In this document: piece by piece, positions 63,060 to 64,000 of the stretch
Position numbering within the stretch: the stretch's first letter is position 1
How the letters are laid out: each line of letters opens with the position of its first letter
Assembly: GCA_010405405.1 (NCBI GenBank)
Contig: MU004239.1
Location: 310,001-374,000 of the forward strand
Direction: 5' to 3'
From: Microthyrium microscopicum
Lineage: Eukaryota
DNA length: 64,000 nt
Made by a program: the position numbers and the translations under genes
The notes under the pieces: model-generated
Told to the model about the DNA's origin: nothing
The model's database searches: none
What the model saw: only the letters and a program-made list of their open reading frames with translations

Positions 63060-64000
63060 ATGGCAACGCAAAGCGAGAGCGCGCTCTCTAGGCCGAATAC
63101 TTCCAAAAGCACAACCACCGACGACTTCAGAGACGCGACTCGAACGACTTCCCACGCGACTGAGAAGACGGGCGATGGTACGGTGAAAGGCCCTGCCTAT
63201 GTCATCGAATACATCCCCAACAAAAACGCGCCGCCACGCACTCCAGAGACGCTGCCTACTCGCGCGGCTAAAAAGGAGAATGTTTGGCTGGCGCCCGCAT
63301 GTGCCATACTCTTCATCATCTTGACACTTGGTAATGGCCTTACACCTGATGGCGGTCAAGATAGCTGATGGGATATAGTTCATATTGGCCTGACAGGAGC
63401 TATTGCGCGTGCATGCAATGCCGGCGATTCGGGAAAGTTTGCGCTTGCGCGGATTGTCGTAACGGGTGATTCAAAGCCAGCTTTTTGCGAGAAACAGACC
63501 TGTGTACCGGCAGAATTTCTCATAGGGGCGTCAGGGGTGTTATACAAGGGTGTGGATGGAAAGATGTCACAAAGTGGTGGGTTTTTGTCTCGTAAATTAC
63601 ATGCGTCTGCGTTATTGCCCGCGTATTGGAGTGAGATAGGAGGTGGTGCAGACCAGCTGAATTCGACGTTTGGCATTTTGTCGTTTCTATCAACGAACTA
63701 TGCAAGGGACAGCCCAGCTGTCTCGGTGGGCGGGGCGCTAGTAGCATCTTGGATTGTCAGTGTTGTGTCGATGGTTTTGGTAATGATGCCGGTGCCTATA
63801 TGGTATGCTGTGGTTGCCATGCTTGGAGAAACATTGATGCTCTTGGTGGTTGGTATTGAAGCAGTGGCTCATATGCCCGCTCAGCGCGAAATTGGTCGTG
63901 GGGATTGGATTCTGGGAAGGCTTCTGGTGATCTTAAAGATACTGGCGGTTTGGGCCGCAATTGTAGGGAGTGCTTGGTTCAAGAGGAAGTGGGCTCGTCG
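63060..64000 (+). CDS. Four-TM membrane protein, SUR7/PalI-like topology; runs off window
   Basis: ATG 63060, intron 63331-63378 (GTAATG..GCTGAT..TAG). Exon 2 is open to the window end. One TM, a Cys-containing loop, then three hydrophobic segments. Confidence 0.6.

Noticed and set aside
1..64000. tRNA, rRNA or snRNA genes
   Set aside because: No cloverleaf, 5S or snRNA signature was recognised by eye (GTTCGAATC near 45232 lacks flanking stems). tRNAscan-SE and Infernal would be needed to exclude them.

Overview
Gene-dense genomic DNA from a filamentous ascomycete (Pezizomycotina; Dothideomycete-like is only a guess). Evidence: short 44-60 nt GT-AG introns with CTAAC/CTGAC branch sites and a RIP-mutated transposon. 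I assembled about 18 spliced genes by hand: high-affinity cAMP phosphodiesterase (runs off the left edge), a GRGGAGN/DUF3602 protein, dienelactone hydrolase, a DHA1 MFS transporter, a Leu3-like Zn2Cys6 factor, a GPI-CFEM protein, RCY1, a BEM3-like RhoGAP, a secreted Cu-monooxygenase-like protein, an Rrn10-like protein, phenol 2-monooxygenase, a HAK/KUP K+ transporter, a divergent SDH flavoprotein, a GAF hybrid histidine kinase, a carboxylesterase, a small secreted protein, a WD40 protein and a 4-TM protein (runs off the right edge). Mobile DNA: a full-length 3,052-bp RIP-inactivated Mutator (MULE) element with TIRs and a 9-bp TSD, two adjacent MITE-like elements and an intronic foldback. The two best leads are (1) a hydrolase/exporter/Leu3-like-TF three-gene module with a perfect Leu3-type site CCGGAACCGG in the shared promoter, where the TF also has a GC-AG intron with a CAGTAG acceptor inside its zinc cluster, and (2) a secreted protein with the motif order of type II copper monooxygenases (PHM/DBH) but an apparent His-to-Met change at the CuH site. 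All assignments are by-eye motif recognition; no database searches were run.
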